The translations under genes were made by a program, and so were the position numbers. DNA of 64,000 bases, taken from NCBI GenBank assembly GCA_964252035.1, contig OZ176216.1. The stretch is one strand, 5' to 3'. Origin of the DNA: Podarcis erhardii. Taxonomy: Eukaryota. Under the pieces are notes generated by a model, which was not told the origin of the DNA, made no database searches, and was given only the letters and a program-made list of their open reading frames with translations. Below, piece after piece: positions 59,981-64,000 of the stretch. The first letter of the stretch is position 1. Each line of letters begins with the position of its first letter.

Positions 59981-60499
59981 ATCAGGGACAGAGAACCTGT
60001 GGCTATCCAGATTGCCCTCAAGTGCAAACCATGAGAAAATGTGGCCGTTCCCTTATTGCATATAACATGCAAATTGCAGAATCCCACTTTTCTCATTGCA
60101 GAACCTAGTTCACCTTGGTACAGTATATAATTTTAATTCTCTCTCTTTAAGTCTCTCTCTTTTTAGCACAGAGTTTTCATAGTGCTGAAATACACTGCTC
60201 CTGCCAGCAAACATCTGTACCCTGTGTAGCACTGTGAGAATTGAACGGTTTTATATAAACCAAGTACTGCCCCAAATTTTGTGTACAGTGAACACTATCT
60301 GGCAGGAAGCCCCACTGAATAAAGCATTAAGATATAGTATAATCATTACCTCTACAGACCAACATTTTGCACTGGAATGCTGAAGAAAATAATTAACCTT
60401 AAATGTGGATGTTCCTGTTATTGAATTTCTAAACAGCATTTTTTTAAAAAAGTCTGAGGCTCTCTCTAAATGCCATGCATGACACTCCCATCCTCTCTC

Positions 60500-60645
60500 T
60501 CTCTGATTTATATTCCACCTTTCCTCCAAGGTGCTTAAAGTGGCAAACATGGTGTTCTTCCCCTCAACATTTTATTCTCACAACAATCCTGTGAGGTAGG
60601 CTTAGGCTAAAAGTTTGTGACTTGCTCAATGTCACCCAATAAGCA
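60500..60645 (-). mobile_element. MIR-like CORE-SINE
   Basis: TTCTCACAACAATCCTGTGAGGTAGGC..TGACTTGCTCAATGTCACCCA. Confidence 0.7.
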
Positions 60646-62067
60646 ACACAATGTACAGATGGTTTCACTAGTGGTGCATTAATGCACATAAGGAAACTAG
60701 GACGTCAGATTATGCTATAAAAAAACATGGAAGTGTATTTTTGGGTTTTTTTTAAGTTTTGTGTCATGTATGGAACACACACAGTATATGTTGCATTGCC
60801 TCTTCCATTCAGTAAGTGCTAAACTGTGTGTGTAAGTGCTCCTGTGTTGCTGCATATTAAAAGTTTTCATATTTGCTAAGCAAGAAATCAGAAGGCATTT
60901 TCATTTAAAGAAGGTTCATATGCAAAGAGGCTCCATGCAAGATAGATGTTTTAGTTAGATTGTTAGATTTTAGCTGCATCCTCACCTATGTACTGGTATA
61001 TGTGCAAATATAAATGTTGATTATTTCTATTTTCATTGCCCTTTATGTCAAAAATTGTACATTTTGGGGACAGGGGGGGATACTGCTTGTCACAACTTAG
61101 GGCTTCAGCACCTCCTAACCTGGCCCGGGGTTTCGCAATTCATTGATAGAGGTTGCAAATGTAACAGGAAATTCAGGCCACAGCAATGCAGATCATTCAA
61201 ACAGCTTTGCTGCAAAGAGAATCTAAAAGGGAATAAAACATGATTTGTTTGCAAATTTACTAGAGAAGGGGGGGGAGGGAGGAGCTGGAAAGAATCATGT
61301 CCCCTGCAGGCTGAATTCCACCCTCCCCCTCTTTTTTTACACTTTTTAAAGTCTCAGAGATAAACCAATTTGCTTAGGTGGATCAGCTGTGGATTTACAG
61401 AAGTGTTACTGCAGCAGAATCTAGCCCCAGATCTGCAGAGACTCCTTCCTTTATCTCTGAAGATGAAGAATAAAGAGGAATCTTTAAAAGAGCTGTTGAC
61501 TCTTCAATTTGCTTTGCAATTGAGGAACCATTAGGAAATGGTTTGCTAAATGCCAGTCATCCTTTATATGATGGGATTGTTCAGGGACCCATGTCAAAAA
61601 AAAGAAGAAAAAAGCCCTGAGTTACTCAGTGCTATGGGATTTGCCTGAAGCTGAAAGAGGAAACAGATCCTACTCCCAAGAGCTCCTAACTGAGGTTGTT
61701 GGTTTTTATTTATTTATTTATTTTATTTATTTATTATTTTTAGCAACCTACTCGGGCAGATTTCTAAGTGAAATTTCCAAAGGGATGCCAACTCCCACCC
61801 CAGCCCAACCAGGGCTCCTCTATCTTTAAAAGACAAGCGGCAGCTATTCAGCAGGTGAAGCTTTCCTCCAGGAATGTGGATGCAATAATGGTGAGAGCTT
61901 CGTCTCCTAAATGTGCGCATAGCGCATTAGAAGTTGCACATCTATTAAAGGTGTAGACACTTTTTTGAAAGTTGGCAATCTCTATTTATCATTTGCACTA
62001 TAATTGTACACTTATAGTTAACTGTCAGTCTTCTAATGTATTAGGGATGGACTTTATGAAGTTCTCC

Positions 62068-62070
<3 letters not shown>

Positions 62071-62109
<39 letters not shown>
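62071..62109. repeat. (TG)n microsatellite
   Basis: Direct inspection. Confidence 0.97.
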
Positions 62110-62110
<1 letters not shown>

Positions 62111-62412
62111 CTTATCTGCATTTCTATGGAACTGAGCCTCCTTCTCCCATCTCATTACACAGAGGACATTTGGTACTGGGTGTCAGGAATTGCTGACCAC
62201 TGATGGTTGTGGTGGAGTGGACGGCTGCAGCCTCTCCACAAATACCCTTCCACTGAGGGCAGCTTGATGCACACACCCCATCCCCACCCCCTCCCACTCA
62301 AAGCATGCAGAGGAAGTGACTCACTTAATCTCCTCTCCCCACCCATCCTTTCTCCACTGATGCTCTGTGGGGATCCGTGGCTTGGCTTTTGAAAATTAGG
62401 GGGTCCTCAGTG

Positions 62413-62673
62413 CAGTCATACCTCATGTTACGCTTGCTTCATGTTACGTTTCTTCAGGTTGCATTCCGAGGCGACCTGGAAGTAACCAGAAAGGGTTACT
62501 TCCGGGTTTCGCCACTCACGCATGTGCAGTAGCGCTAAATAGTGCTTTGCGCATGTGCACAAGTGCCAAATTGCACCACTCACCTGCGCGGATACAGCGC
62601 TTCAGGTTGCGGGCTTTTCACGTTGCGAACGGGCCTCCGGAACGGATCCCGTTCGCAACCAGAGGTACTACAG
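62413..62673. mobile_element. Tc1/mariner (Tigger-like) MITE with a CpG-rich interior
   Basis: Degenerate TIRs CAGTCATACCTCATGTTACG / CGCAACCAGAGGTACTACAG; TA on the right, TG on the left. Confidence 0.75.
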
Positions 62674-62892
62674 TAATTAGCTAATTTGGAACCACTGTTC
62701 TAGAAGTCAGGGGGCACTCCATTAGCTTTTATTGTCTTCCTTTCTGCAGATCACCTTCCCCTTAATTCTCTGCTTTTGATTTGGAAAAGGTCCAATATGC
62801 ATAATTTGGTAGGGTCCAGCAGGCAGCAGCAGCAGGAGAAAATCACACAGATAGCTATGTCTGGAAGTTGTTCAGGAGAATTTTAAAAGGGC

Positions 62893-62893
62893 T

Positions 62894-62960
<67 letters not shown>
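62893..62960. repeat. (TG)n microsatellite
   Basis: Direct inspection. Confidence 0.97.
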
Positions 62961-62961
<1 letters not shown>

Positions 62962-64000
62962 TGGGGATGGGGAAGAGCATTGTTACTTGCTTTCATATCC
63001 CACTGGTTTCCTCACCTTTCTTCTCCTGGCTTCAAGGATTTAAAGCACCATTGGGGAGGGGAATTGTCTTTCAAAAGCAATAAAAACTCGGGCTGATGTT
63101 GTACCATTCCTTAAATAAGAAAAAAAGGGGGGACTAAGATAAAAGAACCTGGCAGGGATTCAAGAGGCAGGAAAAACCTGCTTTCCATTGGGGAGCTGAG
63201 AACATCAGGCTATGTTTCCTCAACCAGGAACTCAGAGACAAAACAAAACAAAAATTTAAAAGAGGTAGCTAAAAGTTAAACGTTTGACAGCAGCTTCCTG
63301 ACATTAAAGATAATGTGAAAGGTTTCAGAAGAATTCTGAAGTCTAAAAAAATGGTCCTGTTTTAAGCAGAGTGGTTCAGCTAGAGAAATCAGCCTTGTTA
63401 ACTCATCCAACAGCTGGAGGCCAGTAGCCAGAACACATTTAGCTTGACATACATGCATTTATTTATTTAAAATTCATAGCTACCCATTCTCCCCCCAAAG
63501 AGCATAAAAGGACCTTTATCAATATGTTGCTGCAGTGCTCTCTCTTTCTCTCCCTCCCTCCCTCCCTCTGTCACTCTTCCCCCTCCCTCTGATTCACAAA
63601 CATTACTTGGGTGATCGCAATATAACTCAAACTCAGAACAGACACATTGAAATCAATAGAGTTGGGGTGGGGAACTGGATCTGTCCAACAGGCTGGATCC
63701 TTACCTCTCCCCCCAACCCCAACCCCCCAGATTGGGCTGCCAATTTGTCTATCGCCTGACATTGTTATGATATCAGATGCCAACTTGAAATGGGTGCACT
63801 GGAACTGTGGTTGCAGTACACCCCTTTGATATCATTTTGCAGGTGAGGTTTCGATGTAAGCTGTGTCTGAAAATGGACAAAGCAGGCTTCACAGCCAACA
63901 TATTTAGAGCCCACTGTCAAAGGAGCTAATTGACAGCACCAGTAAACTGATCAGCACTGACAGCAACCCCCTGCAGCTGAACTGAATTCCCTGATTCCTT

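Noticed and set aside
1-64000. Known conserved miRNA, snRNA, snoRNA or rRNA genes
   Set aside because: No mature sequence I can recall was seen by eye; an Infernal/Rfam and miRBase search would be needed to exclude them properly

Overview
This is non-coding vertebrate DNA, almost certainly from a squamate lizard and probably a lacertid. The lineage call is inferred from Sauria SINEs with (ACCTTT)n tails, BovB LINE 3' ends, and squamate-type CR1, L2, L1 and hAT/Tc1-mariner MITEs. I could not recognise any host protein-coding exon, RNA gene or CRISPR array. The only ORFs with real homology are retrotransposon ORF2 C-termini: CR1 24742-25470, BovB 32433-32942, 3261-3461 and its twin copy, and decayed L2/L1 pieces. 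The window reads like a very long intron or gene desert with dense, often nested transposon insertions and several CpG-retaining unique segments that may be conserved enhancers. Best-supported structural observations: (1) a 798-bp tandem duplication at 2406-4001 with GCAG junction microhomology; (2) an 890-bp solo LTR at 13790-14679 with TG..CA ends, a 5-bp TSD and an intact promoter/polyA layout; (3) a young CR1 with an in-frame 60-bp 5' duplication inserted into an older antisense CR1; (4) an L1 3' fragment with a 16-bp TSD carrying a nested Sauria SINE; (5) a GATA-rich 12-bp perfect inverted repeat near 16.3 kb; (6) a candidate 21-nt microexon at 57194-57214. I found no convincing new biological system. 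All family names come from recalled consensus sequences, not from database searches, and coordinates were counted by hand.
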